Of a stretch of DNA of 64,000 nucleotides, positions 27,001 to 39,600 are shown one piece after another. The stretch lies in the NCBI RefSeq assembly GCF_009914755.1, contig NC_060942.1, one strand, 5' to 3'. A program made the position numbers and the translations under genes. Below the pieces are notes generated by a model. The model saw only the letters and a list, made by a program, of their open reading frames with translations. It was not told where the DNA came from and did not search any database. The first letter of the stretch is position 1, and the number at the start of each line of letters is the position of its first letter. The DNA comes from the human T2T-CHM13v2.0 reference genome, Homo sapiens.

Positions 27001-29162
27001 CGTAACAACTATGCAGAAGCATTCTCAGAAACTTGTTTGTGATGTGTGCCCTCTACTGACAGAGTTGAACCTTTCTTTTCATAGAGCAGTTTTGAAACAC
27101 TCTTTTTGTAGAATCTGCAAGAGGATATTTGCATAGCTTTGAGGATTTCGTGGGAAACGGGATTGTCTTCAGGTAAAATCTAGACAGAAGCATTCTCAGA
27201 AACTTCTTTGGGATGTTTGCATTCAAGTCACAGAGTAGAACATTCCCTTTGGTAGAGCAGGTTTGAAACACTCTTTTTGTAGTATCTGGAAGTGGACATT
27301 TGGAGCGCTTTCAGGCCCATGTTGGAAAGGGAAATATCTTCCCGTAACAACTAGGCAGAAGCATTCTCAGAAACTTATTTGAGATGTGTGTACTCAACTA
27401 AGAGAATTGAACCACCGTTTTGAAGGAGCAGTTTTGAAACACTCTTTTTCTGGAATCTGCAAGAGTATATTTGCCTAGCCTTGAGGATTTCGTTGGAAAC
27501 GGGATTGTCTTCAGAGAAAATCTAGACAGAAGCATTCTCAGAAACTTCTTTGGGATGTTTGCATTCAAGTCACAGAGTAGAACATTCCCTTTGGTAGAGC
27601 AGGTTTGAAACAGTCTTTTTTTAGTATATGGAAGTGGACATTTGGAGCGCTTTCAGGCCTACGTTGGAAAAGGAAATATCTTCCCATAACAACTAGACAG
27701 AAGCATTCTCAGAAACTAGTTTCTGATGTGTGTCCTCAACTAACACAGTTGAACATTTCTTTAGACAGAACAGTTTTGAAACACTCTTTTTGTGGAATCT
27801 GCAAGTGGCTATTTGGCTAGATTTGAGGATTTCGTTGGAAACGGGATTACATATAAAAAGCAGTCAGCAGCATTCTCAGAAAGTTCTTTGTGATGATTGC
27901 ATTCAAGTCACAGAATTGAACATTCCCTTTCACAGAGCAGGTTTGAAACACTCTTTTTGTAGTGTGTGTAAGTGGACATTTGGAGCACTTTCCGGCCTAA
28001 GGTGAAAAAGGAAATATCTTCCCATAAAAACTAGACAGAAGCATTCTCAGAAACTTACTCGTGATGTGTGTCCTCAACTAAAGGAGTAGAACCTTTCTTT
28101 TCATAGAGAAGTTTTGAAACGCTCTTTTTGTGGAATCTGCAAGTGGATATTTGGCTAGTTTTGAGGATTTCGTTGGAAGCGGGAATTCATACAAATTGCA
28201 GACTGCAGCGTTCTGAGAAACATCTTTGTGATGTTTGTATTCAGGACACAGAGTTGAACATTCCCTATCATAGAGCAGGTTTGAATCACTCCTTTTGTAG
28301 TATCTGGAAGTGGACATTTGGAGCGCTTTCAGGCCTATGTTGGAAAAGGAAATATCTTCCCATAACAACTAGACAGAAGCATTCTCAGAAACTTATTTGA
28401 GATGTGTGTACTCAACTAAGAGAATTGAACCACCGTTTTGAAGGAGCAGTTTTGAAACTCTCTTTTTCTGGAATCTGCAAGTGGATATTTGGCTAGCTTT
28501 GGGGATTTCGCTGGAAGCGGGAATACATATAAAAAGCACACAGCAGCGTTCTGAGAAACTGCTTTCTGATGTTTGCATTCAAGTCAAAAGTTGAACACTC
28601 CCTTTCATAGAGCAGTCCTGAAACACCCCTTTTGTAGTATCTGGAACTGGACTTTTGGAGCGATTTCAGGGCTAAGGTGAAAAAGGAAATATCTTCCCAT
28701 AAAAACTGGACAGAAGCATTCTCAGAAACTTGTTTATGCTGTATCTACTCAACTAACAAAGTTGAACCTTTCTTTTGATAGAGCAGTTTTGAAATGGTCT
28801 TTTTGTGGAATCTGCAGTGGATATTTGGCTAGTTTTGAGGATTTCGTTGGAAGCGGGAATTCATACAAATTGCAGACTGCAGCGTTCTGAGAAACATCTT
28901 TGTGATGTTTGTATTCAGGACACAGAGTTGAACATTCCCTATCATAGAGCAGGTTGGAATCACTCCTTTTGTAGTATCTGGAAGTGGACATTTGGAGCGC
29001 TTTCAGGCCTATTTTGGAAAGGGAAATATCTTCCCGTAACAACTATGCAGAAGCATTCTCAGAAACTTGTTTGTGATGTGTGCCCTCTACTGACAGAGTT
29101 GAACCTTTCTTTTCATAGAGCAGTTTTGAAACACTCTTTTTGTAGAATCTGCAAGAGGATAT
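21026..29162 (+). repeat. Four 12-mer HORs (U11-U14; 2033, 2035, 2035, 2034 bp)
   Basis: Net 2-bp loss at ~22609 (GGACGCGCATTC versus GGACAGAAGCATTC) and 1-bp deletion at ~28816 (TCTGCAGTGG versus TCTGCAAGTGG). Confidence 0.95.
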
Positions 29163-31872
29163 TTGCATAGCTTTGAGGATTTCGTGGGAAACGGGATTGT
29201 CTTCAGGTAAAATCTAGACAGAAGCATTCTCAGAAACTTCTTTGGGATGTTTGCATTCAAGTCACAGAGTAGAACATTCCCTTTGGTAGAGCAGGTTTGA
29301 AACACTCTTTTTGTAGTATCTGGAAGTGGACATTTGGAGCGCTTTCAGGCCCATGTTGGAAAGGGAAATATCTTCCCGTAACAACTAGGCAGAAGCATTC
29401 TCAGAAACTTATTTGAGATGTGTGTACTCAACTAAGAGAATTGAACCACCGTTTTGAAGGAGCAGTTTTGAAACACTCTTTTTCTGGAATCTGCAAGAGT
29501 ATATTTGCCTAGCCTTGAGGATTTCGTTGGAAACGGGATTGTCTTCAGAGAAAATCTAGACAGAAGTATTCTCAGAAACTTCTTTGGGATGTTTGCATTC
29601 AAGTCACAGAGTAGAACATTCCCTTTGGTAGAGCAGGTTTGAAACACTCTTTTTGTAGTATCTGGAAGTGGACATTTGGAGCGCTTTCAGGCCTACGTTG
29701 GAAAAGGAAATATCTTCCCATAACAACTAGACAGAAGCATTCTCAGAAACTAGTTTCTGATGTGTGTCCTCAACTAACACAGTTGAACATTTCTTTAGAC
29801 AGAACAGTTTTGAAACACTCTTTTTGTGGAATCTGCAAGTGGCTATTTGGCTAGATTTGAGGATTTCGTTGGAAACGGGATTACATATAAAAAGCAGTCA
29901 GCAGCATTCTCAGAAAGTTCTTTGTGATGATTGCATTCAAGTCACAGAATTGAACATTCCCTTTCACAGAGCAGGTTTGAAACACTCTTTTTGTAGTGTG
30001 TGTAAGTGGACATTTGGAGCACTTTCCGGCCTAAGGTGAAAAAGGAAATATCTTCCCATAAAAACTAGACAGAAGCATTCTCAGAAACTTACTCGTGATG
30101 TGTGTCCTCAACTAAAGGAGTAGAACCTTTCTTTTCATAGAGAAGTTTTGAAACGCTCTTTTTGTGGAATCTGCAAGTGGATATTTGGCTAGTTTTGAGG
30201 ATTTCGTTGGAAGCGGGAATTCATACAAATTGCAGACTGCAGCGTTCTGAGAAACATCTTTGTGATGTTTGTATTCAGGACACAGAGTTGAACATTCCCT
30301 ATCATAGAGCAGGTTGGAATCACTCCTTTTGTAGTATCTGGAAGTGGACATTTGGAGCGCTTTCAGGCCTATGTTGGAAAAGGAAATATCTTCCCATAAC
30401 AACTAGACAGAAGCATTCTCAGAAACTTATTTGAGATGTGTGTACTCAACTAAGAGAATTGAACCACCGTTTTGAAGGAGCAGTTTTGAAACTCTCTTTT
30501 TCTGGAATCTGCAAGTGGATATTTGGCTAGCTTTGGGGATTTCGCTGGAAGCGGGAATACATATAAAAAGCACACAGCAGCGTTCTGAGAAACTGCTTTC
30601 TGATGTTTGCATTCAAGTCAAAAGTTGAACACTCCCTTTCATAGAGCAGTCTTGAAACACCCCTTTTGTAGTATCTGGAACTGGACTTTTGGAGCGATTT
30701 CAGGGCTAAGGTGAAAAAGGAAATATCTTCCCATAAAAACTGGACAGAAGCATTCTCAGAAACTTGGTTATGCTGTATCTACTCAACTAACAAAGTTGAA
30801 CCTTTCTTTTGATAGAGCAGTTTTGAAATGGTCTTTTTGTGGAATCTGCAAGTGGATATTTGGCTAGTTTTGAGGATTTCGTTGGAAGCGGGAATTCATA
30901 CAAATTGCAGACTGCAGCGTTCTGAGAAACATCTTTGTGATGTTTGTATTCAGGACACAGAGTTGAACATTCCCTATCATAGAGCAGGTTTGAATCACTC
31001 CTTTTGTAGTATCTGGAAGTGGACATTTGGAGTGCTTTCAGGCCTATGTTGGAAAAGGAAATATCTTCCCATAACAACTAGACAGAAGCATTCTCAGAAA
31101 CTTATTTGAGATGAGTGTACTCAACTAAGAGAATTGAACCACCGTTTTGAAGGAGCAGTTTTGACACACTCTTTTTCTGGAATCTGCAAGTGGATATTTG
31201 GCTAGCTTTGGGGATTTCGCTGGAAGCGGGAATACATATAAAAAGCACACAGCAGCGTTCTGAGAAACTGCTTTCTGATGTTTGCATTCAAGTCAAAAGT
31301 TGAACACTCCCTTTCATAGAGCAGTCTTGAAACACCCCTTTTGTAGTATCTGGAACTGGACTTTTGGAGCGATTTCAGGGCTAAGGTGAAAAAGGAAATA
31401 TCTTCCCATAAAAACTGGACAGAAGCATTCTCAGAAACTTGTTTATGCTGTATCTACTCAACTAACAAAGTTGAACCTTTCTTTTGATAGAGCAGTTTTG
31501 AAATGGTCTTTTTGTGGAATCTGCAAGTGGATATTTGGCTAGTTTTGAGGATTTCGTTGGAAGCGGGAATTCATACAAATTGCAGACTGCAGCGTTCTGA
31601 GAAACATCTTTGTGATGTTTGTATTCAGGACACAGAGTTGAACATTCCCTATCATAGAGCAGGTTGGAATCACTCCTTTTGTAGTATCTGGAAGTGGACA
31701 TTTGGAGCGCTTTCAGGCCTATTTTGGAAAGGGAAATATCTTCCCGTAACAACTATGCAGAAGCATTCTCAGAAACTTGTTTGTGATGTGTGCCCTCTAC
31801 TGACAGAGTTGAACCTTTCTTTTCATAGAGCAGTTTTGAAACACTCTTTTTGTAGAATCTGCAAGAGGATAT
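29163..31872 (+). repeat. 16-mer HOR structural variant #2 (U15; 2710 bp)
   Basis: Marker ORF 29764 to 32474 (+2710), with the same duplicated 675-bp block. Confidence 0.96.
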
Positions 31873-33907
31873 TTGCATAGCTTTGAGGATTTCGTGGGAA
31901 ACGGGATTGTCTTCAGGTAAAATCTAGACAGAAGCATTCTTAGAAACTTCTTTGGGATGTTTGCATTCAAGTCACAGAGTAGAACATTCCCTTTGGTAGA
32001 GCAGGTTTGAAACACTCTTTTTGTAGTATCTGGAAGTGGACATTTGGAGCGCTTTCAGGCCCATGTTGGAAAGGGAAATATCTTCCCGTAACAACTAGGC
32101 AGAAGCATTCTCAGAAACTTATTTGAGATGTGTGTACTCAACTAAGAGAATTGAACCACCGTTTTGAAGGAGCAGTTTTGAAACACTCTTTTTCTGGAAT
32201 CTGCAAGAGTATATTTGCCTAGCCTTGAGGATTTCGTTGGAAACGGGATTGTCTTCAGAGAAAATCTAGACAGAAGCATTCTCAGAAACTTCTTTGGGAT
32301 GTTTGCATTCAAGTCACAGAGTAGAACATTCCCTTTGGTAGAGCAGGTTTGAAACACTCTTTTTTTAGTATATGGAAGTGGACATTTTGATCGCTTTCAG
32401 GCCTACGTTGGAAAAGGAAATATCTTCCCATAACAACTAGACAGAAGCATTCTCAGAAACTAGTTTCTGATGTGTGTCCTCAACTAACACAGTTGAACAT
32501 TTCTTTAGACAGAACAGTTTTGAAACACTCTTTTTGTGGAATCTGCAAGTGGCTATTTGGCTAGATTTGAGGATTTCGTTGGAAACGGGATTACATATAA
32601 AAAGCAGTCAGCAGCATTCTCAGAAAGTTCTTTGTGATGATTGCATTCAAGTCACAGAATTGAACATTCCCTTTCACAGAGCAGGTTTGAAACACTCTTT
32701 TTGTAGTGTGTGTAAGTGGACATTTGGAGCACTTACCGGCCTAAGGTGAAAAAGGAAATATCTTCCCATAAAAACTAGACAGAAGCATTCTCAGAAACTT
32801 ACTCGTGATGTGTGTCCTCAACTAAAGGAGTAGAACCTTTCTTTTCATAGAGAAGTTTTGAAACGCTCTTTTTGTGGAATCTGCAAGTGGATATTTGGCT
32901 AGTTTTGAGGATTTCGTTGGAAGCGGGAATTCATACAAATTGCAGACTACAGCGTTCTGAGAAACATCTTTGTGATGTTTGTATTCAGGACACAGAGTTG
33001 AACATTCCCTATCATAGAGCAGGTTGGAATCTCTCCTTTTGTAGTATCTGGAAGTGGACATTTGGAGCGCTTTCAGGCCTATGTTGGAAAAGGAAATATC
33101 TTCCCATAACAACTAGACAGAAGCATTCTCAGAAACTTATTTGAGATGTGTGTACTCAACTAAGAGAATTGAACCACCGTTTTGAAGGAGCAGTTTTGAA
33201 ACTCTCTTTTTCTGGAATCTGCAAGTGGATATTTGGCTAGCTTTGGGGATTTCGCTGGAAGCGGGAATACATATAAAAAGCACACAGCAGCGTTCTGAGA
33301 AACTGCTTTCTGATGTTTGCATTCAAGTCAAAAGTTGAACACTCCCTTTCATAGAGCAGTCTTGAAACACCCCTTTTGTAGTATCTGGAACTGGACTTTT
33401 GGAGCGATTTCAGGGCTAAGGTGAAAAAGGAAATATCTTCCCATAAAAACTGGACAGAAGCATTCTCAGAAACTTGTTTATGCTGTATCTACTCAACTAA
33501 CAAAGTTGAACCTTTCTTTTGATAGAGCAGTTTTGAAATGGTCTTTTTGTGGAATCTGCAAGTGGATATTTGGCTAGTTTTGAGGATTTCGTTGGAAGCG
33601 GGAATTCATACAAATTGCAGACTGCAGCGTTCTGAGAAACATCTTTGTGATGTTTGTATTCAGGACACAGAGTTGAACATTCCCTATCATAGAGCAGGTT
33701 GGAATCACTCCTTTTGTAGTATCTGGAAGTGGACATTTGGAGCGCTTTCAGGCCTATTTTGGAAAGGGAAATATCTTCCCGTAACAACTATGCAGAAGCA
33801 TTCTCAGAAACTTGTTTGTGATGTGTGCCCTCTACTGACAGAGTTGAACCTTTCTTTTCATAGAGCAGTTTTGAAACACTCTTTTTGTAGAATCTGCAAG
33901 AGGATAT
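31873..33907 (+). repeat. Single 12-mer HOR (U16) between two 16-mers, with several private SNVs
   Basis: 2035-bp spacing; private variants at 32388, 32391, 32949 and 33032. Confidence 0.93.
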
Positions 33908-36617
33908 TTGCATAGCTTTGAGGATTTCGTGGGAAACGGGATTGTCTTCAGGTAAAATCTAGACAGAAGCATTCTCAGAAACTTCTTTGGGATGTTTGCA
34001 TTCAAGTCACAGAGTAGAACATTCCCTTTGGTAGAGCAGGTTTGAAACACTCTTTTTGTAGTATCTGGAAGTGGACATTTGGAGCGCTTTCAGGCCCATG
34101 TTGGAAAGGGAAATATCTTCCCGTAACAACTAGGCAGAAGCATTCTCAGAAACTTATTTGAGATGTGTGTACTCAACTAAGAGAATTGAACCACCGTTTT
34201 GAAGGAGCAGTTTTGAAACACTCTTTTTCTGGAATCTGCAAGAGTATATTTGCCTAGCCTTGAGGATTTCGTTGGAAACGGGATTGTCTTCAGAGAAAAT
34301 CTAGACAGAAGCATTCTCAGAAACTTCTTTGGGATGTTTGCATTCAAGTCACAGAGTAGAACATTCCCTTTGGTAGAGCAGGTTTGAAACACTCTTTTTG
34401 TAGTATCTGGAAGTGGACATTTGGAGCGCTTTCAGGCCTACGTTGGAAAAGGAAATATCTTCCCATAACAACTAGACAGAAGCATTCTCAGAAACTAGTT
34501 TCTGATGTGTGTCCTCAACTAACACAGTTGAACATTTCTTTAGACAGAACAGTTTTGAAACACTCTTTTTGTGGAATCTGCAAGTGGCTATTTGGCTAGA
34601 TTTGAGGATTTCGTTGGAAACGGGATTACATATAAAAAGCAGTCAGCAGCATTCTCAGAAAGTTCTTTGTGATGATTGCATTCAAGTCACAGAATTGAAC
34701 ATTCCCTTTCACAGAGCAGGTTTGAAACACTCTTTTTGTAGTGTGTGTAAGTGGACATTTGGAGCACTTTCCGGCCTAAGGTGAAAAAGGAAATATCTTC
34801 CCATAAAAACTAGACAGAAGCTTTCTCAGAAACTTACTCGTGATGTGTGTCCTCAACTAAAGGAGTAGAACCTTTCTTTTCATAGAGAAGTTTTGAAACG
34901 CTCTTTTTGTGGAATCTGCAAGTGGATATTTGGCTAGTTTTGAGGATTTCGTTGGAAGCGGGAATTCATACAAATTGCAGACTGCAGCGTTCTGAGAAAC
35001 ATCTTTGTGATGTTTGTATTCAGGACACAGAGTTGAACATTCCCTATCATAGAGCAGGTTTGAATCACTCCTTTTGTAGTATCTGGAAGTGGACATTTGG
35101 AGCGCTTTCAGGCCTATGTTGGAAAAGGAAATATCTTCCCATAACAACTAGACAGAAGCATTCTCAGAAACTTATTTGAGATGTGTGTACTCAACTAAGA
35201 GAATTGAACCACCGTTTTGAAGGAGCAGTTTTGAAACTCTCTTTTTCTGGAATCTGCAAGTGGATATTTGGCTAGCTTTGGGGATTTCGCTGGAAGCGGG
35301 AATACATATAAAAAGCACACAGCAGCGTTCTGAGAAACTGCTTTCTGATGTTTGCATTCAAGTCAAAAGTTGAACACTCCCTTTCATAGAGCAGTCTTGA
35401 AACACCCCTTTTGTTGTATCTGGAACTGTTCTTTTGGAGCGATTTCAGGGCTAAGGTGAAAAAGGAAATATCTTCCCATAAAAACTGGACAGAAGCATTC
35501 TCAGAAACTTGGTTATGCTGTATCTACTCAACTAACAAAGTTGAACCTTTCTTTTGATAGAGCAGTTTTGAAATGGTCTTTTTGTGGAATCTGCAAGTGG
35601 ATATTTGGCTAGTTTTGAGGATTTCGTTGGAAGCGGGAATTCATACAAATTGCAGACTGCAGCGTTCTGAGAAACATCTTTGTGATGTTTGTATTCAGGA
35701 CACAGAGTTGAACATTCCCTATCATAGAGCAGGTTTGAATCACTCCTTTTGTAGTATCTGGAAGTGGACATTTGGAGCGCTTTCAGGCCTATGTTGGAAA
35801 AGGAAATATCTTCCCATAACAACTAGACAGAAGCATTCTCAGAAACTTATTTGAGATGTGTGTACTCAACTAAGAGAATTGAACCACCGTTTTGAAGGAG
35901 CAGTTTTGAAACTCTCTTTTTCTGGAATCTGCAAGTGGATATTTGGCTAGCTTTGGGGATTTCGCTGGAAGCGGGAATACATATAAAAAGCACACAGCAG
36001 CGTTCTGAGAAACTGCTTTCTGATGTTTGCATTCAAGTCAAAAGTTGAACACTCCCTTTCATAGAGCAGTCCTGAAACACCCCTTTTGTAGTATCTGGAA
36101 CTGGACTTTTGGAGTGATTTCAGGGCTAAGGTGAAAAAGGAAATATCTTCCCATAAAAACTGGACAGAAGCATTCTCAGAAACTTGTTTATGCTGTATCT
36201 ACTCAACTAACAAAGTTGAACCTTTCTTTTGATAGAGCAGTTTTGAAATGGTCTTTTTGTGGAATCTGCAAGTGGATATTTGGCTAGTTTTGAGGATTTC
36301 GTTGGAAGCGGGAATTCATACAAATTGCAGACTGCAGCGTTCTGAGAAACATCTTTGTGATGTTTGTATTCAGGACACAGAGTTGAACATTCCCTATCAT
36401 AGAGCAGGTTGGAATCACTCCTTTTGTAGTATCTGGAAGTGGACATTTGGAGCGCTTTCAGGCCTATTTTGGAAAGGGAAATATCTTCCCGTAACAACTA
36501 TGCAGAAGCATTCTCAGAAACTTGTTTGTGATGTGTGCCCTCTACTGACAGAGTTGAACCTTTCTTTTCATAGAGCAGTTTTGAAACACTCTTTTTGTAG
36601 AATCTGCAAGAGGATAT
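33908..36617 (+). repeat. 16-mer HOR structural variant #3 (U17; 2710 bp)
   Basis: Marker ORF 34509 to 37219 (+2710), with the same duplicated 675-bp block. Confidence 0.96.
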
Positions 36618-39600
36618 TTGCATAGCTTTGAGGATTTCGTGGGAAACGGGATTGTCTTCAGGTAAAATCTAGACAGAAGCATTCTCAGAAACTTCTTTGG
36701 GATGTTTGCATTCAAGTCACAGAGTAGAACATTCCCTTTGGTAGAGCAGGTTTGAAACACTCTTTTTGTAGTATCTGGAAGTGGACATTTGGAGCGCTTT
36801 CAGGCCCATGTTGGAAAGGGAAATATCTTCCCGTAACAACTAGGCAGAAGCATTCTCAGAAACTTATTTGAGATGTGTGTACTCAACTAAGAGAATTGAA
36901 CCACCGTTTTGAAGGAGCAGTTTTGAAACACTCTTTTTCTGGAATCTGCAAGAGTATATTTGCCTAGCCTTGAGGATTTCGTTGGAAACGGGATTGTCTT
37001 CAGAGAAAATCTAGACAGAAGCATTCTCAGAAACTTCTTTGGGATGCTTGCATTCAAGTCACAGAGTAGAACATTCCCTTTGGTAGAGCAGGTTTGAAAC
37101 ACTCTTTTTGTAGTATCTGGAAGTGGACATTTGGAGCGCTTTCAGGCCTACGTTGGAAAAGGAAATATCTTCCCATAACAACTAGACAGAAGCATTCTCA
37201 GAAACTAGTTTCTGATGTGTGTCCTCAACTAACACAGTTGAACATTTCTTTAGACAGAACAGTTTTGAAACACTCTTTTTGTGGAATCTGCAAGTGGCTA
37301 TTTGGCTAGATTTGAGGATTTCGTTGGAAACGGGATTACATATAAAAAGCAGTCAGCGGCATTCTCAGAAAGTTCTTTGTGATGATTGCATTCAAGTCAC
37401 AGAATTGAACATTCCCTTTCACAGAGCAGGTTTGAAACACTCTTTTTGTAGTGTGTGTAAGTGGACATTTGGAGCACTTACCGGCCTAAGGTGAAAAAGG
37501 AAATAATCTTCCCATAAAAACTAGACAGAAGCATTCTCAGAAACTTACTCGTGATGTGTGTCCTCAACTAAAGGAGTAGAACCTTTCTTTTCATAGAGAA
37601 GTTTTGAAACGCTCTTTTTGTGGAATCTGCAAGTGGATATTTGGCTAGTTTTGAGGATTTCGTTGGAAGCGGGAATTCATACAAATTGCAGACTGCAGCG
37701 TTCTGAGAAACATCTTTGTGATGTTTGTATTCAGGACACAGAGTTGAACATTCCCTATCATAGAGCAGGTTTGAATCACTCCTTTTGTAGTATCTGGAAG
37801 TGGACATTTGGAGCGCTTTCAGGCCTATGTTGGAAAAGGAAATATCTTCCCATAACAACTAGACAGAAGCATTCTCAGAAACTTATTTGAGATGTGTGTA
37901 CTCAACTAAGAGAATTGAACCACCGTTTTGAAGGAGCAGTTTTGAAACTCTCTTTTTCTGGAATCTGCAAGTGGATATTTGGCTAGCTTTGGGGATTTCG
38001 CTGGAAGCGGGAATACATATAAAAAGCACACAGCAGCGTTCTGAGAAACTGCTTTCTGATGTTTGCATTCAAGTCAAAAGTTGAACACTCCCTTTCATAG
38101 AGCAGTCCTGAAACACCCCTTTTGTAGTATCTGGAACTGGACTTTTGGAGCGATTTCAGGGCTAAGGTGAAAAAGGAAATATCTTCCCATAAAAACTGGA
38201 CAGAAGCATTCTCAGAAACTTGTTTATGCTGTATCTACTCAACTAACAAAGTTGAACCTTTCTTTTGATAGAGCAGTTTTGAAATGGTCTTTTTGTGGAA
38301 TCTGCAAGTGGATATTTGGCTAGTTTTGAGGATTTCGTTGGAAGCGGGAATTCATACAAATTGCAGACTGCAGCGTTCTGAGAAACATCTTTGTGATGTT
38401 TGTATTCAGGACACAGAGTTGAACATTCCCTATCATAGAGCAGGTTGGAATCACTCCTTTTGTAGTATCTGGAAGTGGACATTTGGAGCGCTTTCAGGCC
38501 TATTTTGGAAAGGGAAATATCTTCCCGTAACAACTATGCAGAAGCATTCTCAGAAACTTGTTTGTGATGTGTGCCCTCTACTGACAGAGTTGAACCTTTC
38601 TTTTCATAGAGCAGTTTTGAAACACTCTTTTTGTAGAATCTGCAAGAGGATATTTGCATAGCTTTGAGGATTTCGTGGGAAACGGGATTGTCTTCAGGTA
38701 AAATCTAGACAGAAGCATTCTCAGAAACTTCTTTGGGATGTTTGCATTCAAGTCACAGAGTAGAACATTCCCTTTGGTAGAGCAGGTTTGAAACACTCTT
38801 TTTGTAGTATCTGGAAGTGGACATTTGGAGCGCTTTCAGGCCCATGTTGGAAAGGGAAATATCTTCCCGTAACAACTAGGCAGAAGCATTCTCAGAAACT
38901 TATTTGAGATGTGTGTACTCAACTAAGAGAATTGAACCACCGTTTTGAAGGAGCAGTTTTGAAACACTCTTTTTCTGGAATCTGCAAGAGTATATTTGCC
39001 TAGCCTTGAGGATTTCGTTGGAAACGGGATTGTCTTCAGAGAAAATCTAGACAGAAGCATTCTCAGAAACTTCTTTGGGATGCTTGCATTCAAGTCACAG
39101 AGTAGAACATTCCCTTTGGTAGAGCAGGTTTGAAACACTCTTTTTGTAGTATCTGGAAGTGGACATTTGGAGCGCTTTCAGGCCTACGTTGGAAAAGGAA
39201 ATATCTTCCCATAACAACTAGACAGAAGCATTCTCAGAAACTAGTTTCTGATGTGTGTCCTCAACTAACACAGTTGAACATTTCTTTAGACAGAACAGTT
39301 TTGAAACACTCTTTTTGTGGAATCTGCAAGTGGCTATTTGGCTAGATTTGAGGATTTCGTTGGAAACGGGATTACATATAAAAAGCAGTCAGCGGCATTC
39401 TCAGAAAGTTCTTTGTGATGATTGCATTCAAGTCACAGAATTGAACATTCCCTTTCACAGAGCAGGTTTGAAACACTCTTTTTGTAGTGTGTGTAAGTGG
39501 ACATTTGGAGCACTTACCGGCCTAAGGTGAAAAAGGAAATATCTTCCCATAAAAACTAGACAGAAGCATTCTCAGAAACTTACTCGTGATGTGTGTCCTC

